A model generated the notes under the pieces. The model made no database searches. It was not told the DNA's origin and saw only the letters and a list, made by a program, of their open reading frames with translations. From contig NC_088308.1 of the NCBI RefSeq assembly GCF_910592395.1, positions 868,001 to 932,000 on the forward strand: a stretch of DNA of 64,000 bases. The letters run 5' to 3'. The position numbers and the translations under genes were made by a program. This stretch comes from Lineus longissimus. Its lineage: Eukaryota. Position 1 is the first letter of the stretch, and every line of letters starts with the position of its first letter. Positions 11,333 to 25,963 of the stretch are shown piece by piece.

Positions 11333-12532
11333 ATGAAGAGTACCCTTGTCATCGTGCTGTTGGCGACTTGCGCCAGTCTCTGGATGGTTCATGCCGGGCC
11401 GGTATTTATCGACGATGGATGTATGTACACGTATGATTTCAAATCCTTAGTGTTATTTTGGACACCATCACTCCTCCTGATTCCTCCACCGTCAGAGGAC
11501 AGAAGTCCTCCCGACCATTATTATTTTCGTTCATTCCAGCTTTGAGCTGTATTCGAGATATATGAAGTTTTCGCTGTTTTCGAAAATTTATGAGGGCTTA
11601 TTCCATACCAAAATGTCATTTACATGTTCAACCATTTGGAAGTATCGCCGCGCAGAGAATTGTATACAATTCCCTTGTCTAATCTCATATGCAGCCAACG
11701 TGCAAGCAAGAAGTAGTGACCCCGTCATTGGGAATTGGAAGAAACCATCAGATACCAATGTGCCCGAACCGTAAGTCACTTTTTTCACATGTTTATTCTG
11801 AAAAATCATCCAACACATTTCAAGACGGGAGATTCAAAATACGATAATACTTTTGGTAAATCGGAATGACCGGAGATACATGTAAATGTACATAAACCGA
11901 AACTTTATGGAGGTGTTCCATCGGCTTCCCGCCTCGCGTCCGTCACGTTCCTGCATGCTTCCCGTCAAAGCCTCCACGGACGTTTCTCGTTACCGTCTTG
12001 TCACGTATAAAACATCGTTATTCCCGTCACGTTACGCCAACGTGTTGTCATTCTCTTCCGTTTAAAAAACGGTTGATATGAGGTTAATCCCAACCAGAGA
12101 TGTAGAAAAATTGTTTTATATCTGGTGTGACATACACAGCGCAATGTGTAAATCCCGTTTGAACCCTATCCGACGCACGGCTATGTCCGCTGGCTAGTAT
12201 CACTCTAAGCTATCATCATTCGTGGAGAAGGTTGAAAAGCAGTGCAAATACTAAGGTTGTTTACGCGATATTAGACCCAACCCAACCCAACCAAACCAGA
12301 CCAGATCAAACCAGATCACCTTCGTGCGCGTTTACACGACAGAACAATCTAGAACGATCCGAATCGATAGATCGGTTTAGTCCCGCGTAAGCGGGCGGCC
12401 CTGTCGAAAAACGCAATTTCTTGTTTTGTCCAGTTGTTAAAGTCACTTCGTCTTTTTTTCCACAGGAAAACTATAATATTTGGTTCGTATTACCCCTGGC
12501 TATTTGTATTTTCAAGACCTATGATAAAATAG
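11333..12532 (+). CDS. Secreted prepropeptide copy B, 76 aa: join(11333..11420,11695..11770,12466..12531,13403)
   Basis: Same structure as copy A; C-terminus ...WKKPSDTNVPEP-KTIIFGSYYPWLFVFSRPMIK*. The stop is TA|G whether or not intron 3 is spliced. AATAAA at 13580-13585. Confidence 0.8.
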
Positions 12533-15173
12533 TGAGTAATTTCATGCTACGCTGAATCCTGGCAAGGTAATTTTTAAAGTCAAGGTCAGAGCATGCCGGT
12601 CTACCGGCGTTGTGCGTCCTGTGAAAAGGAGGAGACATAAGGATTATGTGGTTGGAGACTTCTAGCGGGTCATAAGCTTATTTGGTTCAACAATTTTAAA
12701 GATTTCGACTTGGGTCCTCGCTAAACTTTCAAACCCCACATGGACGTCAAGGAACTTTTCCAAAACCGATATTTTTTTCCAAAGACCATATTTCATATAC
12801 CCCAAAGCTAAACCTCGGCTATGGGCACATTGGGTGATATGAATAAAGACTAGCAAATGCTTTTACTTCAATTTTGTACAGAAAGACCTAGTGTATATGT
12901 ACATGAAGTTTTAGATAAAAGCATTTGCTAGTCTTTATTCATATCACCCAATGTCTACAGCGCCCTTTGCCTATGCATCACAGTGCATTTGCAATGCATT
13001 TACTGTGCTTCATTGAGGATTTTGGGGCGGGATGTTGCACTAGTGACGGAAGGGCCAATAAGTCCGGCATAGCTGGTAATTGCCAAACTCTGAGGGAAGA
13101 AGCTGGAACACGCTTCAACGCTTCTCTTTATTCCCCAGACTGAATTTGACTGTGCATTTGATGTCGAACACAAAAGAAGAAGAATGAAAATAAGCAGGAT
13201 ATGTCATCTATACTCAATGAAGTGACCCGAATACCAAGTGACTCTATGCCACATTATTTGCTAGCGTATCATACGCACCTTGATTTGTTCAGGTATTTAT
13301 GGCTAAGGAGGCAATGCGATCGTACAATATGAAATCTGATACGAGTAGTGTATTTTACATCTGTCGCTTGGGACATGTAGAGTCTCTGCTTCTATCTTTC
13401 AGGTCATTAGTATCGGGTAGAGAAAATTCCCACAGCAAGCTGAGGACACGCGCCTCCTGGACTCCCAATACTCTATGACGGGCTTACACAGTTACATGTA
13501 CATGCTTGTACACAATTGAATGCACTTATGCGTGTGTGTACTTGCATGTACATGTTTATGTATTTGATTACAACATACCAATAAAGACCATTAAATTGAA
13601 AGGATTGTTTAGTGTTCATTATTCGTCGTGCTTAACTTGAATCGAAAGCATGTTGCAATTACTATCAGAATCCAACTAAATGGAATGCCCTCGAATGCCT
13701 GTAGATTCATAAGGTCGGTGAATCTCAACTCTGAAATGTCTTACAGAAATGTATAGAGGCAATTTTTCCCTCTTTACTTGCACTCAGCATGGGCCAACCC
13801 AGCATGGGCTAACCCAGCGCTGTTCATGATCAGGATTTTAGGAAGGGGGAGTCTGAGCCTCGGTGAGCCGTATAATGAGGCTGGATTTACATTCAATTCA
13901 CGTTTGATATACGTTTCACATATGCCACCTGTAATTTACTAAGTCACCATGTCATGACATGAGGAGAGGATGGAAAGTGACAGCATCATGTAGACCTAAG
14001 CAGTGACGTGCTCTCCCGTTGATCAAACGGCGAGAGAACCCCGACCTCCCCTACATGCCCGCGCATCTATCGGAGGTCGCGACTATCGTCAGGTATGACA
14101 GGTAGGCTGGGGGCAATCTCCAGGCTGACATTGAATATATCCTCTGATGCAGATACTTTCCTCGGCACTTTGCAGGGCAGCCTGCTCGGTCAGTTAAAGT
14201 CCTGCTTTGAATACACAAGAGTAGGTAAGTTCTCGGTCATTCTCTGGTTGGTTCCCACAACAGGGCACGTCATATTACGGGTCACTCAATTATCGACGAA
14301 TTGGTCAAATCAGTAGAATGAATATGATAAGACTGAAGGCCAGTCTTATCATTCCACAAGTGAGGCGTAGACTTTAAAACTGACCTACCAAGCTAAATCA
14401 AGCATTTACGCGGTCGCTACAAGTGCAGAGGGATAGAAGCGTCGATATCCACCACGAAAATGTCAGTTGCGAACGAAAGTAGGTCTGCATCCGCACCCCG
14501 AGGGGAGCTCATCTCGCCGAGGGATCTAAATTCATAAAATGAACGTTTTCTGGCAACTTCCTAAATTTGGCCGACACATAATCAAGTTTCCTCAGCTAAC
14601 GTAACTCCCCATTCCTCATTCACTACTTTCTTGAACCAGCAGTTTGAAAACTTCATGTGGCGAGTCGAGCATTCGACAAGAGAAAACTTGATTCTGATTA
14701 TCCATTCAATGATTCGCCAGATCCTCATTTGAATATTCTTGCATACGTCATGATTACTTCGTTTCCCTCCGTAAAGGTCTTATTGCTTGGAAAGACCATG
14801 GGTGGAATTCACCAAGGCATTTTGACGTGCGTGCAATTAAAGACCGATTATCTGATACACGAAGGATAAAACAGTGTAGTATTCTACATCACATTAACCC
14901 CCTCTCCCCGCAGTTCCTCATCCGCCGATCATATCATACTTTGAAGGTAGTGATAGATTAGAAAAAAACACGATGAAAAAAACCTTTGGGAAGAGCGTCA
15001 CATCACAGTGAATAAACAGCCCCTCCGTCTAACCCACCGACCCATGAACTCCCTACAGTGGACGTATATGTTCTCTTGTTTGTTTCTTGCCTCTCATCAT
15101 TCTCGTTTTGTTTGTTTTTTTAGCGACGGACACGTGCCAATCGGTTGAGTTTACGGATGCAGGTATGTTTCCC

Positions 15174-15603
15174 CACTCTTAGAAATGAAGCTTTTGAGCT
15201 TTTGAAAACACTATAAAGGCGGCGATTATATAGAAGTTCACGTTTTCACATAACGTGTCACTGCTCATGAGAACAAACAATTTCCAAAGAGCGGGCTACA
15301 TACGATTCACGATGTCACCTTTCAACCTCACGTCGTCTCTTCAAACCTCAGTCACAGAGCTGACTTGTGACAAGTGAAACGTGAACAGTAACAAGATGAA
15401 GCCTGACATGTTATTCAGCCGACCCAAACTTGCAAAGAGGTTTTCCGTGAAATGAAAAGCCTTCGGAGGTTCATTTGAAAATCTCAAAAAACCTTTTGAC
15501 CTTTTCCATTTTTCCAAAAACCTCTCCGGCCGGGATGCGTTTCGTGTTGGCTGAAAAACCTTTAAATCTTTCAAATGCTCAAGAAACTTTATTTCTGAGA
15601 GTG
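15174..15603. mobile_element. EnSpm/CACTA-like non-autonomous element (repeated in unit D)
   Basis: Terminal inverted repeats CACTCTTAGAAATGAAG / CTTTATTTCTGAGAGTG with internal AAAACCTTT-type repeats. Confidence 0.5.
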
Positions 15604-15979
15604 CTCAGGTTTATTCCCTTATTTGCCGTCGGACAATTTCCAGACTGTTGTTGTTCAGGTTTGATGTGTAGCGTGCTGGTGAGAGCAATCGCTGTCGTTA
15701 GTGCCTTAGGGGATCAGGGGGAAAACAGGAGACAATAACCTACCAACTACCCTTTATTCAGATGAAGTCCCTGATTTACACTCCTTTCTCATTCTCTCCT
15801 ACTTTTAGATCCATGTTTAACCGGGGAAGTCGTTCTCGCTGGAAAAATGCAATGTAAAGTATTTGGTCAAACCGTGTCGTGTCTGTCGAAGTCGTTTATT
15901 TGTGACGGAGAGTGCGACTGCGAGAGCGATTGCCAGGATGAGCTCGAGGGGAACTGTAAATGGAAGAACTAAAAGGTGA

Positions 15980-16256
15980 AGTGTTTTTTCAGACAGATCT
16001 GGCCAAAGGTACTTGGCAGACCTCTTGTCACTAATCTGTAACCGTGTGATCACAAATAGTAATGTTACACAGCCCTGGGCAGCCGGTGTCATAGTTGACC
16101 AGGTTTTGTTGACGCCGTGAAGGACCGTTGATTAGGCCTACCTTAAGAAGATTTACTTTAAGTTGTGACACGCCACTATCTTTTGGTAAATGTGATCTAG
16201 TCACATTGCCGAGTTCAGCAAAGTACCTTTGGCCGGAACGATATGAGAAACACTAT
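15980..16256. mobile_element. Degenerate MITE, possibly hAT-like (repeated in unit D)
   Basis: Imperfect ~40-bp inverted ends AGTGTTTTTTCAGACAGATCTGGCCAAAGGTACTT / AAGTACCTTTGGCCGGAACGATATGAGAAACACT. Confidence 0.4.
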
Positions 16257-18066
16257 AAGAGACAGTTATCAGGTTATGCTAAATGCGGTATCTAGTTATC
16301 AGACAACAGCTGTACCTACGGATGGTGACCAAATCGGCGTGTCGTAAACACGCTCATCACACAAGGACAGCGCTCTTTCAAACCACCTGTCAACTTTACC
16401 ATTCGTGCTAGTTTTTACAGCGCCGTCAGGAGCAGTAGGGACCCGGTATTCTACATCACATTAACCCCCTCTCCCCGCAGTTCCTCATCCGCCGATCATA
16501 TCATACTTTGAAGGTAGTGATAGATTAGAAAAAAACACGATGAAAAAAACCTTTGGGAAGAGCGTCACATCACAGTGAATAAACAGCCCCTACGTCTAAC
16601 CCACCGACCCATGAACTCCCTACAGTGGACGTATATGTTCTCTTGTTTGTTTCTTGCCTCTCATCATTCTCGTTTTGTTTGTTTTTTTAGCGACGGACAC
16701 GTGCCAATCGTAAAAAGCGAGGAGCGAGCAAGTGGAATAAAACCACTTATCCAAAAAAGGAGAGTCTTGATTTCCCTGTACCTGAACAGTCACATGATTA
16801 AACGCTAATTCAACCGAGTTTGTGTTGTTTTTCTTTTTGATATGATGATCGCCACTGGTTGGTGGTATAAAGGAACAAGACATAGACCATCTGATAGACC
16901 TCTGTGTCTGTGGATGACTTGGAAGCAGTTGGAGTCGCGTCCTATGCCCATCTGACGCCATTCCCCGCTCTTTACAAGTGTTTTCCACACTGCGTGTGTC
17001 TCCATTGTTAAGGTCCACACCTGGTCAGCTGATTGAGATGAACTGAACGAACCTGTTCCTATCACTGCTGCTCTGCGGTAGATCTCAGAAAGCCTTTAAA
17101 ACATATCGTTACTATCATCAGCTGGTCATACAATCGTTAGACCTACCCCCAATGTGATCAGTTCGTTCGCTTATAAAACACCCCTGGGGTACTCTAGCCA
17201 TCCACTGTAAGAATTGCATATCATGCATACTTACACGGAATTGACTACGCAGGACAATTCCTGCCAGGAGCTCCGGCGATTATGATTGGGACATCCATTT
17301 GAATAGCATCTGTTCCCCGGAGTTTACACTTAAGGGCGGGTTTACACAGGATTCACGTTGTCACGTGTGAGGATAGTCACGTGTTACCTGTCACGAACAT
17401 AGTCGTTAATTGACTTAGGCTGAAAACATGTCATAACAGGACCTGGGGAAAAAGTGGCATTGTAAATCATACGTGTGGCCTGCTCTTCAGAAATGACTTG
17501 TTTGTTAAAATAATATTTACACATTACATGTAATAATCATTTTAACTCTACTCTATGTAAACCCAAAATAATTCTATGTAAACCCATCCTTGATTACATT
17601 TCTGGTAATAATAGTTACACTTGGATGTTTGTTTAACCAAAAGTGTATTCGGCTTGCTAATCCGCAGTCACCCTGCGTCATAATAAAGACGGCGATCTAC
17701 ATGTACATGTACAGGCCCGTCGCATCAGCGTTGTTTTTGTATTTTCGCCGTGCTGCGTAGTTACGCACTGGAGCGACAAAAGATGCAAGGGTGAAAATTT
17801 ACATCGTAAATCCTATGTCGCCCGCTATTAAGAATATTCTTAGCTTTACACAGTACAAAATGCACTCTCTGTTAACTCGACGGAGGATTTCAACAAATAC
17901 CGGTATTGGGGGAGTGCTGCACCTTTAGTGCAAATACCGTTGAATGACCGCCCATCAATAAGTCGATATTTGGGCCGATATATGGAAGTTTCAGGCAAAA
18001 GATTTCATCAGTTGCTGCTACAAAGTTGTCCAGTGTCTGTCTAGTATCTACCAATCACCGACGAAG

Positions 18067-19257
18067 ATGAAGAGTACCCTTGTCATCGTGCTGTTGGCGA
18101 CTTGCGCCAGTCTCTGGATGGTTCATGCCGGGCCGGTATTTATCGACGATGGATGTATGTACACGTATGATTTCAAATCCTTAGTGTTATTTTGGACACC
18201 ATCACTCCTCCTGATCCCTCCACCGTCAGAGGACAGAGGTCCTCCCGACCATTATCATTTTCGTTCATTACAGCTTTGAGCTGTATTCGAGATATATGAA
18301 GTTTTCGCTGTTTTCGAAAATTTATGAGGGCTTATTCCATACCAAAATGTCATTTACATGTTCAACCATTTGGAAGTATCGCCGCGCAGAGAATTGTATA
18401 CAATTCCCTTGTCTAATCTCATATGCAGCCAACGTGCAAGCAAGAAGTAGTGACCCCGTCATTGGGAATTGGAAGAAACCATCAGATACCAATGTGCCCG
18501 AACCGTAAGTCACTTTTTTCACATGTTTATTCTGAAAAATCATCCAACACATTTCAAGACGGGAGATTCAAAATACGATAATACTTTTGGTAAATCGGAA
18601 TGACCGGAGATACATGTAAATGTCCATAAACCGAAACTTTATGGAGGTGTTCCATCGGCTTCCCGCCTCGCGTCCGTCACGTTCCTGCATGCTTCCCGTC
18701 AAAGCCTCCACGGACGTTTCTCGTTACCGTCTTGTCACGTATAAAACATCGTTATTCCCGTCACGTTACGCCAACGTGTTGTCATTCTCTTCCGTTTAAA
18801 AAACGGTTGATATGAGGTTAATCCCAACCAGGGATGTAGAAAAATTGTTTTATATCTGGTGTGACATACACAGCGCAATGTGTAAATCCCGTTTGAACCC
18901 TATCCGACGCACGGCTATGTCCGCTGGCTAGTATCACTCTAAGCTATCATCATTCGTGGAGAAGGTTGAAAAGTAGTGCAAATACTAAGGTTGTTTACGC
19001 GATATTAGACCCAACCCAACCCAACCAAACCAGACCAGATCAAACCAGATCACCTTCGTGCGCGTTTACACGGCAGAACAATCTAGAACGATCCGAATCG
19101 ATAGATCGGTTTAGTCCCGCGTAAGCGGGCGGCCCTGTCGAAAAACGCAATTTCTTGTTTTGTCCAGTTGTTAAAGTCACTTCGTCTTTTTTTCCACAGG
19201 AAAACTATAATATTTGGTAGGAATTACCCCCGACGAGGTGTATTTTCAAGACCTTGA
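18067..19257 (+). CDS. Secreted prepropeptide copy C, 73 aa: join(18067..18154,18429..18504,19200..19257)
   Basis: Same structure; C-terminus ...NVPEP-KTIIFGRNYPRRGVFSRP*. Exon 4 starts at 20133; AATAAA at 20311-20316. Confidence 0.8.
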
Positions 19258-22200
19258 TGAAATAGTGAGTAATTTCATGTTACGCTGAATCCTGGCAAGG
19301 TAATTTTTAAAGTCAAGGTCAGAGCATGCCGATCTACCGGCGTTGTGCGTCCTGTGAAAAGGAGGAGACTTAAGGATTATGTGGTTGGAGACTTCTAGCG
19401 GGTCATAAGCTTATTTGGTTAAACAATTTTAAAGATTTCGACTTGGGTCCTCGCTAAACTTTCAAACCCCACATGGACGTCAAGGAACTTTTCCAAAACC
19501 GATATTTTTTTCCAAAGACCATATTTCATATACCCCAAAGCTAAACCTCGGCTATGGGCACATTGGGTGATATGAATAAAGACTAGCAAATGCTTTTACT
19601 TCAATTTTGTACAGTGTATATGGTGTATATGTACATGAAGTTTTAGATAAAAGCATTTGCTAGTCTTTATTCATATCACTCAATGTCTACAGCGCCCTTT
19701 GCCTATGCATCACAGTGCATTTGCAATGCATTTACTGTGCTTCATTGAGGATTTTGGGGCGGGATGTTGCACTAGTGACGGAAGGGCCAATAAGTCCGGC
19801 ATAGCTGGTAATTGCCAAACTCTGAGGGAAGAAGCTGGAACACGCTTCAACGCTTCTCTTTATTCCCGACTGAATTTGACTGTGCATTTGATGTCGAACA
19901 CAAAAGAAAAAGAATGAAAATAAGCAGGATATGTCATCTATACTTAATGAAGTGACCCGAATACCAAGTGACTCTATGCCACATTATTTGCTAGCGTATC
20001 ATACGCACCTTGATTTGTTCAGGTATTTATGGCTAAGGAGGCAATGCGATCGTACAATATGAAATCTGATACGAGTAGTGTATTTTACATCTGTCGCTTG
20101 GGACATGTAGAGTCTCTGCTTCTATCTTTCAGGTCATTAGTATCGGGTAGAGAAAATTCCCACAGCAAGCTGAGGACACGCGCCTCCTGGACTCCCAATA
20201 CTCTATGACGGGCTTACACAGTATACATGTACATGCTTGTACACAATTGAATGCACTTATGCGTGTGTGTACTTGCATGTTCATGTTTATGTATTTGATT
20301 ACAACATACCAATAAAGACCATTAAATTGAAAGGATTGTTTAGTGTTCATTATTCGTCGTGCTTAACCTGAATCGAAAACATGTTGCAATTACTATCAGA
20401 ATCCAACTAAATGGAATGCCCTCGAATGCCTGTAGATTCATAAGGTCGGTGAATCTCAACTCTGAAATGTCTTACAGAAATGTATAGAGGCAATTTTTCC
20501 CTCTTTACTTGCACTCAGCATGGGCCAACCCAGCATGGGCTAACCCAGCGCTGTTCATGATCAGGATTTTAGGAAGTGGGAGTCTGAGCCTCGGTGAGCC
20601 GTATAATGAGGCTGGATTTACATTCAATTCACGTTTGATATACGTTTCACATACGCCACCTGTAATTTACTAAGTCACCATGTCATGACATGACGAGAGG
20701 ATGGAAAGTGACAGCATCATGTAGACCTAAGCAGTGACGTGCTCTCCTGTTGATCAAACGGCGAGAGAACCCCGACCTCCGCTGCATGCCCGCGCATCTA
20801 TCGGAGGTCGCGACTATCGTCAGGTATGACAATCTCCAGGCTGACATTGAATATATCCTCTGATGCAGATACTTTCCTCGGCACTTTGCAGGGCAGCCTG
20901 CTCGGTCAGTTAAAGTCCTGCTTTGAATACACAAGAGTAGGTAAGTTCTCGGTCATTCTCTGGTTGGTTCCCACAACAGGGCACGTCATATTACGGGTCA
21001 CTCAATTATCGACGAATTGGTCAAATCAGTAGAATGAATATGATAAGACTGAAGTCCATTCTTATCATTCCACAAGTGAGGCGTAGACTTTAAAACTGAC
21101 CTACCAAGCTAAATCAAGCATTTACGCGGTCGCTACAAGTGCAGAGGGTTAGAAGCGTCGATATCCACCACGAAAATGTCAGTTGCGAACGAAAGTAGGT
21201 CTGCATCCGCACCCCGAGGGGAGCTCATCTCGCCGAGGGATCTAAATTCATAAAATGAACGTTTTCTGGCAACTTCCTAAATTTGGCCGACACATAATCA
21301 AGTTTCCTCAGCTAACGTAACTCCCCATTCCTCATTCACTACTTTCTTGAACCAGCAGTTTGAAAACTTCATGTGGCGAGTCGAGCATTCGACAAGAGAA
21401 AACTTGATTCTGATTATCCATTCAATGATTCGCCAGATCCTCATTTGAATATTCTTGCATACGTCATGATTACTTCGTTTCCCTCCGTAAAGGTCTTATT
21501 GCTTGGAAAGACCATGGGTGGAATTCACCAAGGCATTTTAACGTGCGTGCAATTAAAGACCGATTATCTGATACACGAAGGATAAAACAGTGTAGTATTC
21601 TACATCACATTAACCCCCTCTCCCCGCAGTTCCTTATCCGCCGATCATATCATACTTTGAAGGTAGTGATAGATTAGAAAAAAACACGATGAAAAAAACC
21701 TTTGGGAAGAGCGTCACATCACAGTGAATAAACAGCCCCTACGTCTAACCCACCGACCCATGAACTCCCTACAGTGGACGTATATGTTCTCTTGTTTGTT
21801 TCTTGCCTCTCATCATTCTCGTTTTGTTTGTTTTTTTAGCGACGGACACGTGCCAATCGGTTGAGTTTACGGATGCAGGTATGTTTCCCCACTCTTAGAA
21901 ATGAAGCTTTTTGAGCTTTTGAAAACACTATAAAGGCGGCGATTATATAGAAGTTCACGTTTTCACATAACGTGTCACTGCTCATGAGAACAAACAATTT
22001 CCAAAGAGCGGGCTACATACGATTCACGATGTCACCTTTCAACCTCACGTCGTCTCTTCAAACCTCAGTCACAGAGCTGACTTGTGACAAGTGAAACGTG
22101 AACAGTAACAAGATGAAGCCTGACATGTTATTCAGCCGACCCAAACTTGCAAAGAGGTTTTCCGTGAAATGAAAAGCCTTCGGAGGTTCATTTGAAAATC

Positions 22201-24784
22201 TCAAAAAACCTTTTGACCTTTTCCATTTTTCCAAAAACCTCTCCGGCCGGGATGCGTTTCGTGTTGGCTGAAAAACCTTTAAATCTTTCAAATGCTCAAG
22301 AAACTTTATTTCTGAGAGTGCTCAGGTTTATTCCCTTATTTGCCGTCGGACAATTTCCAGACTGTTGTTGTTCAGGTTTGATGTGTAGCGTGCTGGTGAG
22401 AGCAATCGCTGTCGTTAGTGCCTTAGGGGATCAGGGGGAAAACAGGAGACAATAACCTACCAACTACCCTTTATTCAGATGAAGTCCCTGATTTACACTC
22501 CTTTCTCATTCTCTCCTACTTTTAGATCCATGTTTAACCGGGGAAGTCGATCTCGCTGGAAAAATGCAATGTAAAGTATTTGGTCAAACCGTGTTGTGTC
22601 TGTCGAAGTCGTTTATTTGTGACGGAGAGTGCGACTGCGAGAGCGATTGCCAGGATGAGCTCGAGGGGAACTGTAAATGGAAGAACTAAAAGGTGAAGTG
22701 TTTTTTCAGACAGATCTGGCCAAAGGTACTTGGCAGACCTCTTGTCACTAATCTGTAACCGTGTGATCACAAATAGTAATGTTACACAGCCCTGGGCAGC
22801 CGGTGTCATAGTTGACCAGGTTTTGTTGACGCCGTGAAGGACCGTTGATTAGGCCTACCTTAAGAAGATTTACTTTAAGTTGTGCCACGCCACTATCTTT
22901 TGGTAAATGTGATCTAGTCACATTGCCGAGCTTCAGCAAATTACCTTTGGCCGGAACGATATGAGAAACACTATAAGAGACAGTTATCAGGTTATGCTAA
23001 ATGCGGTATCTAGTTATCAGACAACAGCTGTACCTACGGATGGTGACCAAATCGGCGTGTCGTAAACACGCTCATCACACAAGGACATCGCTCTTTCAAA
23101 CCACCTGTCAACTTTACCATTCGTGCTAGTTTTTACAGCGCCGTCAGGAGCAGTAGGGACCCGGTATTCTACATCACATTAACCCCCTCTCCCCGCAGTT
23201 CCTCATCCGCCGATCATATCAAACTTTGAAGGTAGTGATAGATTAGAAAAAAACACGATGAAAAAAACCTTTGGGAAGAGCGTCACATCACAGTGAATAA
23301 ACAGCCCCTACGTCTAACCCACCGACCCATGAACTCCCTACAGTGGACGTATATGTTCTCTTGTTTGTTTCTTGCCTCTCATCATTCTCGTTTTGTTTGT
23401 TTTTTTAGCGACGGACACGTGCCAATCGTAAAAAGCGAGGAGCGAGCAAGTGGAATAAAACCACTTATCCAAAAAAGGAGAGTCTTGATTTCCCTGTACC
23501 TGAACAGTCACACGATTAAACCCTAATTCAACCGAGTTTGTGTTGTTTTTCTTTTTGATATGATGATCGCCACTGGTTGGTGGTATAAAGGAACAAGACA
23601 TAGACCATCTGATAGACCTCTGTGTCTGTGGATGACTTGGAAGCAGTTGGAGTCGCGTCCTATGCCCATCTGACGCCATTCCCCGCTCTTTACAAGTGTT
23701 TTCCACACTGCGTGTGTCTCCATTGTTAAGGTCCACACCTGGTCAGCTGATTGAGATGAACTGAACGAACCTGTTCCTATCACTGCTGCTCTGCGGTAGA
23801 TCTCAGAAAGCCTTTAAAACATATCGTTACTATCATCAGCTGGTCATACAATCGTTAGACCTACCCCCAATGTGATCAGTTCGTTCGCTTATAAAACACC
23901 CCTGGGGTACTCTAGCTATCCACTGTAAGAATTGCATATCATGCATACTTACACGGAATTGACTACGCAGGACAATTCCTGCCAGGAGCTCCGGCGATTA
24001 TGATTGGGACATCCATTTGAATAGCATCTGTTCCCCGGAGTTTACACTTAAGGGCGGGTTTACACAGGATTCACGTTGTCACGTGTGAGGATAGTCACGT
24101 GTTACCTGTCACGAACATAGTCGTTAATTGACTTAGGCTGAAAACATGTCATAACAGGACCTGGGGAAAAAGTGGCATTGTAAATCATACGTGTGGCCTG
24201 CTCTTCAGAAATGACTTGTTTGTTAAAATAATATTTACACATTACATGTAATAATCATTTTAACTCTACTCTATGTAAACCCAAAATAATTCTATGTAAA
24301 CCCATCCTTGATTACATTTCTGGTAATAATAGTTACACTTGGATGTTTGTTTAACCAAAAGTGTATTCGGCTTGCTAATCCGCAGTCACCCTGCGTCATA
24401 ATAAAGACGGCGATCTACATGTACATGTACAGGCCCGTCGCATCAGCGTTGTTTTTGTATTTTCGCCGTGCTGCGTAGTTACGCACTGGAGCGACAAAAG
24501 ATGCAAGGGTGAAAAGTGACATCGTAAATCCTATGTCGCCCGCTATTAAGAATATTCTTAGCTTTACACAGTACAAAATGCACTCTCTGTTAACTCGACG
24601 GAGGATTTCAACAAATACCGGTATTGGGGGAGTGCTGCACCTTTAGTGCAAATACCGTTGAATGACCGCCCATCAATAAGTCGATATTTGGGCCGATATA
24701 TGGAAGTTTCAGGCAAAAGATTTCATCAGTTGCTGCTACAAAGTTGTCCAGTGTCTGTCTAGTATCTACCAATCACCGACGAAG

Positions 24785-25963
24785 ATGAAGAGTACCCTTG
24801 TCATCGTGCTGTTGGCGACTTGCGCCAGTCTCTGGATGGTTCATGCCGGGCCGGTATTTATCGACGATGGATGTATGTACACGTATGATTTCAAATCCTT
24901 AGTGTTATTTTGGACACCATCACTCCTCCTGATCCCTCCACCGTCAGAGGACAGAAGTCCTCCCGACGATTATCATTTTCGTTCATTACAGCTTTGAGCT
25001 GTATTCGAGATATATGAAGTTTTTCGCTGTTTTCGAAAATTTATGAGGGCTTATTCCATACCAAAATGTCATTTACATGTTCAACCATTTGGAAGTATCG
25101 CCGCGCAGAGAATTGTATACAATTCCCTTGTCTAATCTCATATGCAGCCAACGTGCAAGCAAGAAGTAGTGACCCCGTCATTGGGAATTGGAAGAAACCA
25201 TCAGATACCAATGTGCCCGAACCGTAAGTCACTTTTTTCACATGTTTATTCTGAAAAATCATCCAACACATTTCAAGACGGGAGATTCAAAATACGATAA
25301 TACTTTTGGTAAATCGGAATGACCGGAGATACATGTAAATGTACATAAACCGAAACTTTATGGAGGTGTTCCATCGGCTTCCCGCCTCGCGTCCGTCACG
25401 TTCCTGCATGCTTCCCGTCAAAGCCTCCACGGACGTTTCTCGTTACCGTCTTGTCACGTATAAAACATCGTTATTCCCGTCACGTTACGCCAACGTGTTG
25501 TCATTCTCTTCCGTTTAAAAAACGGTTGATATGAGGTTAATCCCAACCAGAGATGTAGAAAAATTGTTTTATATCTGGTGTGACATACACAGCGCAATGT
25601 GTAAATCCCGTTTGAACCCTATCCGACGCACGGCTATGTCCGCTGGCTAGTATCACTCTAAGCTATCATCATTCGTGGAGAAGGTTGAAAAGTAGTGCAA
25701 ATACTAAGGTTGTTTACGCGATATTAGACCCAACCCAACCAAACCAGACCAGACCAGATCAAACCAGATCACTTCGTGCGCGTTTACACGGCAGAACAAT
25801 CTAGAACGATCCGAATCGATAGATCGGTTTAGTCCCGCGTAAGCGGGCGGCCCTGTCGAAAAACGCAATTTCTTGTTTTGTCCAGTTGTTAAAGTCACTT
25901 CGTCTTTTTTTCCACAGGAAAATTAAATTTGAATGGAATTACCCCCCGCTAGTTGTATTTTAA
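24785..25963 (+). CDS. Secreted prepropeptide copy D, 69 aa: join(24785..24872,25148..25223,25918..25963)
   Basis: Same structure; C-terminus ...NVPEP-KIKFEWNYPPLVVF*. Exon 4 starts at 26855; AATAAA at 27031-27036. Confidence 0.8.

Larger units (their letters stand above)
15144..16445. repeat. 1.3-kb extra segment between 265-bp direct repeats (second copy 21860-23163)
   Basis: Flanked by 14879-15143 and 16446-16710; found only in units C and D. Confidence 0.9.

Noticed and set aside
14879..16710. LTR element (265-bp LTRs around 1.3 kb)
   Set aside because: The repeats lack TG...CA ends, a TSD and a primer site, and they are ordinary unit sequence starting at the array junction.
7320..25963. 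Diversity-generating retroelement as the source of exon-3 variation
   Set aside because: The changes are not adenine-specific, indels are present, and there is no template repeat or intact reverse transcriptase in the window.
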